Below are positions 49,606 to 58,648 of a stretch of 64,000 nt of DNA, piece by piece; position 1 is the first letter of the stretch; every line of letters begins with the position of its first letter. Position numbers and translations under genes: made by a program. The notes below the pieces were generated by a model. It had not been told where the DNA came from. It saw only the letters and a program-made list of their open reading frames with translations, and made no database searches. The DNA comes from Candidatus Latescibacterota bacterium (GTDB lineage: Bacteria; Latescibacterota; UBA2968; UBA8231), in NCBI GenBank assembly GCA_965204725.1, contig OZ242005.1, positions 1 to 64,000 on the forward strand, written 5' to 3'.

Positions 49606-50597
49606 CAGCGAGCACCGGTCAGGGTTTTCAGTTCGTCCCAAAAGGCTTCGACATTGTCGCGGCGAATGGCCCGCGCCGGCACATCGAGCACCCCACCGTC
49701 GGGCAAGACCGAGCGGTCGCCGCGGGCCAAGGCGGCGAGAATTCGCACCGACTCGTACCCGTAGCGGTAGGGGTTTTGCACCACCGTGCCGTAGATGTGG
49801 CCATCGATGATGCCTTGCAGGGTGGGAGCTTCCTCGTCAAAGGCAATGATTTTGATCTGTCCGATCTTGCCGGCTTCTTTAATAGCTTCAAGGCACATCG
49901 GCGGATTGTACGCAAATAGGCCGACGACGCCGTGCAGGTCCGGGTATTTGGCCATGGCATCCTCGACTTGGGCCTTGGCTTTGGCGTAGTCGAACTGGTC
50001 GGTGCGGGTGTCGAGAATGGTGTATTGGTCGCCGGCGATCGGGCCGCTGTTGGGGTCGTGGCGCGTTGGGTCAAAGGAGCGGTCGAGCAGCTCGTCGATC
50101 AGACCTTGGCGGCGCTGGCGGGCGTTGAGCTGTTCGAGGCGGCCGACGAAGATCATGATATTGCCGCCGTTGGGCAGGGCCTCTTTGACCAGTGCTCCGC
50201 AAGCGCGGCCGGCCGAGTAGTTGTCAATGCCAATAAAGCAAAGGCGGTTGCTTTTGGGGGCGTCCGAGTCGTGGGTGAGCAGGTGGGTGTGGGCCGCAGC
50301 CTCGTTGAGCAGGTCGGTCTGATTGTCCGGGTCGATGGGGCTTATGGCCATGCCGTCGATGCCGCGGGCCAGCAGGGCTTGGACGATGCGCTTTTGGTCG
50401 GCGACCCCTTCGCCGGGCATTTGCACCTCAGCGTCGGCGGCAAATTCGGCGGCCGCGGCCTCCACGCCCTTGGTGGCAATGGTCCAAAACGGGCCAACGC
50501 CGTTGGTGACAAAGGCGAGTTGGGGCTTGGTCGCGGGTTGCGGCGCGTCGCTACAGGCGGCAACAAGCAAGGCGAGGAGCAAAAGGGGCGTTTTCAT
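49605..50597 (-). CDS. Sugar ABC transporter substrate-binding lipoprotein
   Basis: Lipobox VAAC; periplasmic binding fold (DSDAP, IGIDNY, VQNPY). Confidence 0.9.
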   Translation of the reverse strand: MKTPLLLLALLVAACSDAPQPATKPQLAFVTNGVGPFWTIATKGVEAAAAEFAADAEVQMPGEGVADQKRIVQALLARGIDGMAISPIDPDNQTDLLNEAAAHTHLLTHDSDAPKSNRLCFIGIDNYSAGRACGALVKEALPNGGNIMIFVGRLEQLNARQRRQGLIDELLDRSFDPTRHDPNSGPIAGDQYTILDTRTDQFDYAKAKAQVEDAMAKYPDLHGVVGLFAYNPPMCLEAIKEAGKIGQIKIIAFDEEAPTLQGIIDGHIYGTVVQNPYRYGYESVRILAALARGDRSVLPDGGVLDVPARAIRRDNVEAFWDELKTLTGAR

Positions 50598-50723
50598 AGA
50601 GGTCTCGCTCGGAGGTTTGAGGAAGGGACGCGGGCCAACGCTCGTGGTTGCCCCCGCGCAGGCGGAATGCCTATGTTACGTCCGGCAAAAAGCAAGCGCA
50701 AGCGCAACAATGGAGGAGGGGCC

Positions 50724-51821
50724 ATGCACAAGCCCAGCGCGATACTACTGGCGGTCGCCTTGGCCGCGACCGCAGGAGAGGCAAACGTGAGCAAAGACCG
50801 CTTTGGAACGACCGCGACGGGACAGCCCGTCGATCGCTATACCCTCACAAACGACCGCGGCACAATGGCGCGCGTCATTACCTACGGTGGGATCATCACC
50901 GAACTGCTCGTGCGCGACCGCGCCGGAACGCTGGGCGACGTAGTGCTAGGCTTCGACCGCTTGGACCAGTACGAGCGGGAAAATCCGTACTTCGGCTGCA
51001 TCACCGGGCGCGTCGCCAACCGCATTGCCGGCGGCACATTCTCTTTAGATGGCCAAGAGTACCAGCTCGCCGTCAACAACGGGCCGAATCACCTGCACGG
51101 CGGGCTCGTGGGCTTTGACAAGGTCGTCTGGGACGCCGAGGTCGTGAGCGATAATCGCGGGCCATCGGTGCGCTTGCATTACGTGAGCCAAGATGGCGAG
51201 GAAGGCTATCCGGGCACCGTGCTGGTGCGCGTGACGTACACCTTGACCCACGACGACGCCCTAGTCATTGCATACGAAGCGACTACGGACCAGCCCACGC
51301 CGATCAACCTGACCAACCACTCCTACTTCAACTTGGCCGGTAGCGGCTCCGCGCTCGGGCACATCCTCACGCTCCACGCTCGCTACTACACCGAGCCGGA
51401 CGCCAACCAAATCCCCACGGGGCGCGTTTTGCCGGTGGCTGGCACTCCCCTCGACTTTGGCAAACCGGCCGCTGTCGGGGGGCGTATCGACCAGCTCGGG
51501 CCGATCGGCGGCTACGATCACAACTACGTGCTCGACCATGGGGGCCGGACCGAGCCGGGGCTGGCCGCCGAGGTGTACGATCCGGCGAGCGGGCGAGTGA
51601 TGGAGCTGTACACCACCGAGCCGGGCGTCCAGCTTTACTCGGCCATCCACCTCGACAACGTGCTGGGCAAGGGCGGGACGATCTACAACCAGTCCCACGG
51701 CCTGTGCCTAGAGACCCAGCACTATCCCGACTCGATCAACCAACCGGGCTTTCCGTCGGTAGTGTTGCGCCCGGGCGAGACCTACCGGACGGTAACAATC
51801 CACAAGTTTTCGACGAGGTAA
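50724..51821 (+). CDS. galM: Aldose 1-epimerase (galactose mutarotase) with signal peptide
   Basis: GRVANRI, HLHGG, NLTNHSYFNL, YDHN and CLETQH motifs; GGAGG RBS. Confidence 0.92.
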   Translation: MHKPSAILLAVALAATAGEANVSKDRFGTTATGQPVDRYTLTNDRGTMARVITYGGIITELLVRDRAGTLGDVVLGFDRLDQYERENPYFGCITGRVANRIAGGTFSLDGQEYQLAVNNGPNHLHGGLVGFDKVVWDAEVVSDNRGPSVRLHYVSQDGEEGYPGTVLVRVTYTLTHDDALVIAYEATTDQPTPINLTNHSYFNLAGSGSALGHILTLHARYYTEPDANQIPTGRVLPVAGTPLDFGKPAAVGGRIDQLGPIGGYDHNYVLDHGGRTEPGLAAEVYDPASGRVMELYTTEPGVQLYSAIHLDNVLGKGGTIYNQSHGLCLETQHYPDSINQPGFPSVVLRPGETYRTVTIHKFSTR

Positions 51822-51902
51822 GAAGTCGCTTTTGGCCAGCGGCCGGTGAGTCTCTACATTTTAAGTTGAAAACGTATCCCAGACTCGGAAAGGGAACGCA
51901 TT

Positions 51903-52304
51903 ATGGAAACCCCGCTTCGGAAACTCGTTTTCGGGCGACCTCTGGAGAAGATGCGCCAAGCGCGACAACAAATGGAGGAGATTCGCCAAGAGGCTGTGCC
52001 AGCTCATGCTTCAAATAACGAGATTGATCCTATCCCTGATTCAGCTTATGAGGAGACGCTCGATTTGTTAGAAAAGGTGCCTCCCAATGTTCCACTGCCC
52101 GACATCATGTGGACTGAAGACGGAGGGATTGGATTGGAATGGCGGCCGGAGAACGGCATCGTTACGATGAGTTTATACGGTGATAACCACGTCATCTATG
52201 GTGCTTTTTTTGGAGACAAGCGCGAAGTTGAAGGAATTTGCACCTTATCAGACACCGCGTTATTGCAAGGCTTTCTTACAACATTGAGAAATTTTTATCA
52301 ATAA
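51903..52304 (+). CDS. Hypothetical protein, candidate antitoxin/immunity partner
   Basis: Lower-GC ORF with PLPDIMWTEDGGIGLEW. Confidence 0.55.
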   Translation: METPLRKLVFGRPLEKMRQARQQMEEIRQEAVPAHASNNEIDPIPDSAYEETLDLLEKVPPNVPLPDIMWTEDGGIGLEWRPENGIVTMSLYGDNHVIYGAFFGDKREVEGICTLSDTALLQGFLTTLRNFYQ

Positions 52305-52350
52305 AAAGGCTCGATATAGCAATCCTAAATGATTTATTTGCAAGCATGTA

Positions 52351-52448
52351 GAGATGCTTCGACTGCGCTGCGCTGCGCTCAGCATGACACCGCGACGAGG
52401 GCTGCGTGCCCCAGACACCTTGTCATACTGAGCGAAGCGAAGTATCTC
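52351..52448. repeat. Inverted pair of REP-like palindromic units
   Basis: GAGATGCTTCG...CTCAGCATGACA is complementary to TGTCATACTGAGCGAAGCGAAGTATCTC. Confidence 0.75.
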
Positions 52449-52501
52449 ATACCCAAAACTCCATGCAGAACACCCCTTATGAAGGATGTAGGACGACTAT
52501 T

Positions 52502-52888
52502 ATGAATGTTCCTCTCGATGAGAAACTCGCTCGTTTTATCTTTTCTAAAAGTCATTTTTCAGTTGAGAACAAGACCGTCAAATATGGGGCATTTATTCCT
52601 CCTGCAAACAGTGCAGACCTATCTGTGTATTGCATCGCCTCTCTCTCTGACAGCGAAGTGTGGGCGATTGGGCGGGAATATGTCGAAACAGGGGACAGAA
52701 GGGTAAAAGCAAGGGCGGATTTCTTGGCAAAGAACGTTTATGAAATTGACCTCAAAGTCATTACAGACACCCAACCCCACGAGCGACATGCCAACATCAC
52801 GCCGTTTCCAGCCGATAGGAGAGCACGGAATAGTATCGCGAGGAAACTCGCTCTTGCCAGTGAATTAGCAATCATGCCGATAACATAA
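52502..52888 (+). CDS. Hypothetical protein, possible ART/Tse2-like toxin fold
   Basis: LAR...AFIP...DLSVY...HANI pattern (R-S-H); lower GC. Confidence 0.5.
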   Translation: MNVPLDEKLARFIFSKSHFSVENKTVKYGAFIPPANSADLSVYCIASLSDSEVWAIGREYVETGDRRVKARADFLAKNVYEIDLKVITDTQPHERHANITPFPADRRARNSIARKLALASELAIMPIT

Positions 52889-52917
52889 TTGCCCTCACAT
52901 CCGTTTTGCCTATAAGG

Positions 52918-52972
52918 CGTCCTTCCCGCGAAAGAACGTCACCCCGTGCCCCGACACGGGGCGGGAATCCAG
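52918..52972. repeat. Nested palindromic repeat
   Basis: TTCCCGC...GCGGGAATCCAG stem enclosing an inner CCCCGTG-CACGGGG hairpin; same family as the MITE-borne palindrome. Confidence 0.7.
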
Positions 52973-52996
52973 TCTTGAAGGATGTAGGATTGCTAT

Positions 52997-53452
52997 ATGA
53001 AGAACGCCGAAAAAACATCCCTGCTAACGCCCTATCTCCATGCTCGACCCGAGATCTTGCTGGCGTATCTGTTCGGCTCGGCGGCCAAAGGGCGCACACA
53101 CGCCCTGAGCGACATCGACCTAGCTGTGTTGGTGGATGAGGAGCAATTTGCCGAACTCGATGCGCGGCTGCCGTGGGGGTATCGCGCCACCCTGACCAGC
53201 GAACTAATCGGCCTCCTAAAGCGAAACGACGTCGATCTGGTGCTGCTGCATCAAGCGTCTCCGCTGCTCAAATTTCAAGTCGTCCGCTTTGGGAAACCGC
53301 TGCTTTGCCGGAGTGAGGAACGCCGGGTGGCCTTTGAGGTGCAGGCTAGGCGGGAATACCTCGACACCGAACACCTGCGTACGATCCAGCGCTCCTATCT
53401 CTACGAGCGGATCAAAGCCTACCATCCCAAACGACCGGAGAGCACTCCGTGA
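52997..53452 (+). CDS. mntA: MntA-like minimal nucleotidyltransferase antitoxin
   Basis: YLFGSAAKG, SDIDLAV and VDLV motifs. Confidence 0.88.
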   Translation: MKNAEKTSLLTPYLHARPEILLAYLFGSAAKGRTHALSDIDLAVLVDEEQFAELDARLPWGYRATLTSELIGLLKRNDVDLVLLHQASPLLKFQVVRFGKPLLCRSEERRVAFEVQARREYLDTEHLRTIQRSYLYERIKAYHPKRPESTP

Positions 53453-53874
53453 TCTGTCGAGCGGTCATAGAAAAACATCTGCGCGACCTGACCGCCATGG
53501 TGGCTGAACTTGAACACCATCGCAGCAAGTCCGCAAAAGAGTTGCAGGCCGATCGGACCGTTCTATTAGCTGTCGAGCACGCCCTGCAACGCGCTATTCA
53601 GAACCTCCTCGACATCTGCCTGCACATATTGTCGGAATCGGGGGTCAACGATTGGGAAGACTACCGCGGAGCGATCCTAAAAGTGGGCGAGCTCGGCATC
53701 GTCCCCGAGGAGTTCGCCCAGACTATCGGCGGCATGGCGGGAGTGCGGAACCTGCTCGTTCACGAGTACATTGAAGTTGAAGTGGAGAAGATAGCATCTC
53801 TACTCGAAAACCGACTAGACGATTTCAAGCACTTTGCCCAGTACATCGTCGAATTTTTGCAAGAGCACCCCTAA
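53449..53874 (+). CDS. hepT: HEPN (DUF86/HepT) RNase toxin
   Basis: RNLLVHEY (Rx4H-Y); overlaps mntA by 4 bp. Confidence 0.88.
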   Translation: MICRAVIEKHLRDLTAMVAELEHHRSKSAKELQADRTVLLAVEHALQRAIQNLLDICLHILSESGVNDWEDYRGAILKVGELGIVPEEFAQTIGGMAGVRNLLVHEYIEVEVEKIASLLENRLDDFKHFAQYIVEFLQEHP

Positions 53875-53875
53875 C

Positions 53876-54790
53876 CTACACCCGCTCCCATCCTCGATGC
53901 TCGTATGTGCGGCCCACGTGTTGGGGATGGAAAATCTCAGCGAGCATTTCAGCCGACTCCACCAGACGCGGCCCCGGGCGGTTGAAAAACTGATTGCCGT
54001 CGGTGAGGAATACCTGCCCTTGCTGCACAGCTTGCAGCCGCGACCACAGCGGATGCTGAGCGAGCACTGGCAACTCGCGTCGGGAGCGGGGTATGTCAAA
54101 GCCGCAGGGCATCAGGACGATAATATCCGGCTGGGCTTCCACGAGCTCCTCCCACGACAGCCAAGGAGAATGCGTCCCGGCCGCCGCAAAGAGGTTTTGC
54201 CCGGCGGCTATCTCCACCAATTCGGGGATCCAATGGCCCGCGGCCATCAGCGGCTCAAACCACTCGATGCAGGCAATGCGCGGACGATGGTCGATATGGC
54301 GAGTGCGGGCGGCGACTTGGCCGAGCCGATCCCGCAGTTGGGCCACCAAGGCGCGACCTGTCTCCTCAACTTCTAGCGCCGCGACCACCCGCTCAATATC
54401 TCCCCAAACATCGGCCAAAGCATTGGGTTCCAACGATAGAATGGCGGGCCGCGAGCGCACCAACCGGCAGGCCGCTTCCTCCACATCCTTGAGACTGACG
54501 GCGCAAACTTCGCACTGCGATTGCGTCACCAACCAATCCGGCTCCAACTCGTCGAGCAGGTCGGCATCAACCCGGTACACCGAGGCCGCTTCCTGTAAAA
54601 TCGCTTTAACCCGCTGGTCAATCTGGTACGAGGTCCCGTCCGGGTCGAACTTAGGGGCCGTACAGACGGGTAGGTCGCCAACCCCAAGCGGATAGTCGCA
54701 CTCGTGGGAACGGCCGACCAAGTGCGCGCCGCAGCCGAGGGCGCAGATGATCTCAGTGCTGCTGGGCAATAGGGAGATAATTCGGGTCAT
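53876..54790 (-). CDS. BtuF-like cobalamin/Fe-siderophore-binding protein without signal peptide
   Basis: RIISLLPSSTEI, QSQCEVCAV and FNRPGPRLVES motifs. Confidence 0.8.
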   Translation of the reverse strand: MTRIISLLPSSTEIICALGCGAHLVGRSHECDYPLGVGDLPVCTAPKFDPDGTSYQIDQRVKAILQEAASVYRVDADLLDELEPDWLVTQSQCEVCAVSLKDVEEAACRLVRSRPAILSLEPNALADVWGDIERVVAALEVEETGRALVAQLRDRLGQVAARTRHIDHRPRIACIEWFEPLMAAGHWIPELVEIAAGQNLFAAAGTHSPWLSWEELVEAQPDIIVLMPCGFDIPRSRRELPVLAQHPLWSRLQAVQQGQVFLTDGNQFFNRPGPRLVESAEMLAEIFHPQHVGRTYEHRGWERV

Positions 54791-54863
54791 GGAACAACGC
54801 CGTTTAGAAATTCCGTTTGACGCGGCTCAAGCGGGCGGCAAACTATAATGGATTAGCCATATC

Positions 54864-55856
54864 TCATCCACGTCTCAAGCACTGGACCACCTCGTACAGG
54901 GTGGCGCATACGCGGTCGCCGGTCGCTGTGTGAAGCTGCCAAGCGGTGCCGTTGTCGTCGTGGATGAGCTCGACGCATGTCGGCGCGTCTGTCGCCACGC
55001 GGAAGCCAGCTCGTTCCAACGCCCGCGCCGTCCACCGGGCATGAAGCCCATCGCCCACTAAGCCGACTTCGCCATCAGGCTCGCGCATCAGGTGGAAAGA
55101 ACCGAGCACCGGGTCGAATTCCACGTCGGCAAACGTCCGCTGAAAGGCACCGCTCAACACCAAGTCTTCCGGCGCGCCGGTTTGCAACGGACCGTCCGGC
55201 GGCAGCAGCCAGAGGCGGTCGGCGCAACGCAGGGCCAAGTCCAAATCGTGCGTAGCAAGCAAGACGGCGCGATTGCGACCGCTGGCTAAGCGGCGCAACA
55301 ACTGCAAAATTTCGACCCGCCGCGGCAAATCCAAAAAGGCCGTGGGCTCGTCGAGGAGAAGCACGGCGGGTTCCTGCGCCAAGGCGCGGGCAATCATCAC
55401 CTTTTGCCGCTCGCCATCGCTCAGCTCGCCAACGCTGCGCACCGCCAAGTTCGCAGCCCCCACCGCGTCCATGGCCCAGCGCACCACCGCTTCGTCCGCC
55501 GGCGAAAGACGGCCGGCCCAACCCGTGTACGGGTAGCGACCCAGCGCCACGAGTGCGTAGGCCGACAAATTGCCCACTTCGACCCGCTCGGTCAGGACCA
55601 AGCCCAGCCGCCGCGCCCGTTCGCTCTCGGTCAGGTCGTGCAGGTCGCGGCCCTTGAGGCATACTGCGCCGGCCAGCGGCTTTTGCAGGCCAGCCAGCGT
55701 GCGCATGAGCGTGGATTTGCCGGCCCCGTTTGGCCCCAACAGACACACGAGTTCCCCGGCGAGCAAATGCGCGTCAATATGGCGGGCGACCTCTAGGCGC
55801 GGACCCCGCCGGGGGGCGTAGCCAATCCCCAAGTCGCAGGCTTGCAGAACGCCCAT
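54864..55856 (-). CDS. btuD: Cobalamin/Fe ABC ATP-binding protein
   Basis: GPNGAGKST, LSDGERQ, DEPTAFLD and HDL motifs. Confidence 0.85.
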   Translation of the reverse strand: MGVLQACDLGIGYAPRRGPRLEVARHIDAHLLAGELVCLLGPNGAGKSTLMRTLAGLQKPLAGAVCLKGRDLHDLTESERARRLGLVLTERVEVGNLSAYALVALGRYPYTGWAGRLSPADEAVVRWAMDAVGAANLAVRSVGELSDGERQKVMIARALAQEPAVLLLDEPTAFLDLPRRVEILQLLRRLASGRNRAVLLATHDLDLALRCADRLWLLPPDGPLQTGAPEDLVLSGAFQRTFADVEFDPVLGSFHLMREPDGEVGLVGDGLHARWTARALERAGFRVATDAPTCVELIHDDNGTAWQLHTATGDRVCATLYEVVQCLRRG

Positions 55857-55861
55857 GGCAC

Positions 55862-56914
55862 TCAAGCGGCGAAAGCCTGCCGCAGATTGCCGCGGCGCAG
55901 AATGATCCACGTGACCACGGGCGCGCCGATCAGGGCGGTGACCGCGTTGAGCGGCAGGGTGGCCTCGCTGCCGGGCAAACGAGCCACCATATCCGCACTC
56001 AGGGCCAAGCTGCCGCCCAACAACACGCTGGCTGGCAGCAACACGCGGTGGTCCGAGGTGTTAAAAAGGGCGCGGCACAAATGCGGCACGGCCACGCCCA
56101 AAAAGCCAATGGGACCGCAATAGGCGGTGACCGCACCGGCCAGCAGCGCGGCGCTGACGATGATCCACAGCCGCGCCCGCTGGGTGCCCAAGCCCATGCT
56201 GCGGGCGTAGGTCTCCCCCAAGAGCAGGGCGTTGAGCGGCTTGACCAACAGACCGGCGATCCCCAAGCCGACCAGCACCACCGGCGTCAGAAAAATCAAC
56301 TGGCCCCAAGCGACCGAGCCAAAACTGCCAAAGGTCCACAGGACATACGCCTGAACCTGCTCGGGAATGCTGAAGTAGAGCAACACGCTGACCACGGCGC
56401 TGGTCAGATAGCCGAACATGAGGCCGAGGATGAGCAAGGTCATGGCGTGCTGGACGCGCCGCCCGACCAAAAGCACCAAGCCCAACACCACGGCCGCCCC
56501 AACAACGGCCGCAACGACCACGCCGGCTTGGCCCCAAAGCCCCAGCCCAGCCAAGAGCACGGCCCCGGTGCCGCCCGTGCCCAAGACGACCAACGCCACG
56601 CCCAGACTCGCGCCGGCACTGATGCCGAGGATGAAGGGATCGGCGAGGGGATTGCGGAACAGGGTCTGCATTTGCAAGCCGCTGGCGCTCAGGGCCGCGC
56701 CGGCCCATAGCGCAGTCAGGGCGCGCGGCAGGCGGATCGAGTAGATGATGTGGTGCCAACTGGGCTTTTGCTCGGCTTCCCCCCACAGGATGGCGACCAC
56801 CGCATCGAGCGGAATGGACACCGACCCCACGCCCAGACTGAGCGCGAAAAACCCGAGCAACGTCGCGACCAGCGCGAGCAAGAGGCAAGGGGTGCTTTGT
56901 GTAGCAGTCGCCAC
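55862..56914 (-). CDS. btuC: Cobalamin/Fe ABC permease (FecCD/BtuC)
   Basis: IRLPR, RNPLADP..LGISAGA and GPIGFLG motifs. Confidence 0.88.
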   Translation of the reverse strand: MATATQSTPCLLLALVATLLGFFALSLGVGSVSIPLDAVVAILWGEAEQKPSWHHIIYSIRLPRALTALWAGAALSASGLQMQTLFRNPLADPFILGISAGASLGVALVVLGTGGTGAVLLAGLGLWGQAGVVVAAVVGAAVVLGLVLLVGRRVQHAMTLLILGLMFGYLTSAVVSVLLYFSIPEQVQAYVLWTFGSFGSVAWGQLIFLTPVVLVGLGIAGLLVKPLNALLLGETYARSMGLGTQRARLWIIVSAALLAGAVTAYCGPIGFLGVAVPHLCRALFNTSDHRVLLPASVLLGGSLALSADMVARLPGSEATLPLNAVTALIGAPVVTWIILRRGNLRQAFAA

Positions 56915-56926
56915 GGCGTCTCAGTC

Positions 56927-58072
56927 TCAGTCTAGCTTTTGATAGAATTTGAGCGCGTGGTCCGGCAGGCGGTCAGGGTGCAGGATTTTTATGAAATCGG
57001 CCAGCACGATATGGGGCTCGGCGATGCCACTTTCCCAATAGTCGTTGCCGCCGTGCGCGTTGAGCCGGGCGTTGGCGTTGTACACGCGACCGCTTTGGAA
57101 CGCGGCGAACGCGGCATAGCGCTCGTCCGCGGCCTGCACCTCGGCCCGCGAATGCCATTCGTTGCGCATGGTCAGCCACACGTCGGCCGCGTGGGCCTTT
57201 TCGTACACGGCCTCAAAGTCGAGGGGCAGGCTCCCCTCGGAATCGTCGTCGGCCCACAGGTACGCGCCGCCGGCCGCTTCGATCAGTTGCGCGGCGTAGC
57301 TCTTGCCCCCGGCCACGTGCCAGTGGTCGCGCCAGACCGAGCCGCCGAACACCGTAGGGCGTTGGGCCGCTGGCACATCCTGCACCAAGGCCGCGTATTG
57401 CTGGTACTCGGCCACGATCTCGGCAAAGCGTTTTTCCGCTAGGGCCTCCGCATTAAAAAAGGCCGCAGTGAACTTGAGCCATTCGGTGCGGCCCAGCAGC
57501 GAAGGCTCTGTGTACTCGGCGTTGATGACCACGGCCACGCCGGCCTGCTGCAAAACCGGATGGGCGTTGTACTGGGATTGGGCCGAGGCCACGGCCATTA
57601 CTACGTCGGTCTCCAATTCCAACACGCTCTCTAGATTGATTCCAGCGCCGTGGCCGATTGCGGCGATTTTGCCGGCCGCAAAGCGCTGATTGACCCCGGG
57701 CGAATGCACCATCTCAATGGCACTGACCGCGACCAAGGCGTCGAGGGCGTCGAGCAATTCGAGGTGCGGCAGTTGGGTCGTCGATAGGGCCGCGAGGCGT
57801 TGGACGGGGACTTCGACGCGCTGAACGCCGTCGTATCCCTCGGGGGCGGGCGTGCCGCGCTGAACGAGTACGTATTGGAAGGCTTCTCGCGCCCCGGGCC
57901 ACGGCGTGTGTACGGTGACCACTTTGTAGTTGGCAAAGTAGTCAATCGCAAAACGCTCGGCGTATTGCAGGTTGGCCTTGTGGGGAAAGTAGTCCTTGGC
58001 CGGATCGTAGGGATCGCTGCTGGCCGCGGACGCGCCGAGGGCTAGCCACGCCCAAAACCACGCCTTACGCAT
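56927..58072 (-). CDS. btuF: ABC substrate-binding protein (BtuF-like)
   Basis: Signal peptide; VPVQR, EPSLLGRTEW and NDYWESG motifs. Confidence 0.8.
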   Translation of the reverse strand: MRKAWFWAWLALGASAASSDPYDPAKDYFPHKANLQYAERFAIDYFANYKVVTVHTPWPGAREAFQYVLVQRGTPAPEGYDGVQRVEVPVQRLAALSTTQLPHLELLDALDALVAVSAIEMVHSPGVNQRFAAGKIAAIGHGAGINLESVLELETDVVMAVASAQSQYNAHPVLQQAGVAVVINAEYTEPSLLGRTEWLKFTAAFFNAEALAEKRFAEIVAEYQQYAALVQDVPAAQRPTVFGGSVWRDHWHVAGGKSYAAQLIEAAGGAYLWADDDSEGSLPLDFEAVYEKAHAADVWLTMRNEWHSRAEVQAADERYAAFAAFQSGRVYNANARLNAHGGNDYWESGIAEPHIVLADFIKILHPDRLPDHALKFYQKLD

Positions 58073-58631
58073 TGGCCGCGCCCTCCCCCGGCTTCCACAA
58101 CACATCCGCTTCCCCGCCGTCGTTGGCCGCCCGCGCCATGGCAAACAGCAAGTCGGAAAGCCGGTTGAGATACTGTAAAACCGGCGGGCCGACCCGCTCT
58201 TGCTCGGCGAGTTGCCAAGCGGCACGCTCGGCGCGCCGACACACCGTCCGCGCCAAGTGGAGCCAAGCGGCCGTCAGCCGCCCCCCCGGCAAGACAAAGC
58301 TCCGCAAGGGCGTCAAGTCGCGGGTGAGTTGGTCGATTTGCTCCTCTAGGAAAAGGACCTGCTGCGGCTGGACGCGCAGGCACTCTGCTTCGCCATCCAC
58401 CGGCGGGACGCACAAATCGGCCCCCAAGTCGAAGAGATCGTTTTGCACTCGGGCGAGGACGTCGTCGTGCTCGGCCCCACTGGCCCGGGCCAACCCGATC
58501 ACCGAGTTCAGCTCATCTACGCACCCATAGGCAGCAATGCGGGCACTCGTCTTGGGGACTTGCGAGCTATCGCCCAGCCGCGTCATACCGCCATCGCCGG
58601 TCTTGGTGTAGAGCTTAGATAGAGTAACCAT
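58065..58631 (-). CDS. pduO: PduO-type ATP:cob(I)alamin adenosyltransferase
   Basis: LYTKTGDGG, YGCVDELNS, ARTVCRRAER and YLNRLSDLLF motifs. Confidence 0.93.
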   Translation of the reverse strand: MVTLSKLYTKTGDGGMTRLGDSSQVPKTSARIAAYGCVDELNSVIGLARASGAEHDDVLARVQNDLFDLGADLCVPPVDGEAECLRVQPQQVLFLEEQIDQLTRDLTPLRSFVLPGGRLTAAWLHLARTVCRRAERAAWQLAEQERVGPPVLQYLNRLSDLLFAMARAANDGGEADVLWKPGEGAANA

Positions 58632-58648
58632 GCCGATTGCCTTTCATT

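Noticed and set aside
49932-50723. N-terminal extension of galM in the ORF track
   Set aside because: Overlaps the sugar-binding gene on the other strand; RBS and signal peptide support the ATG at 50724
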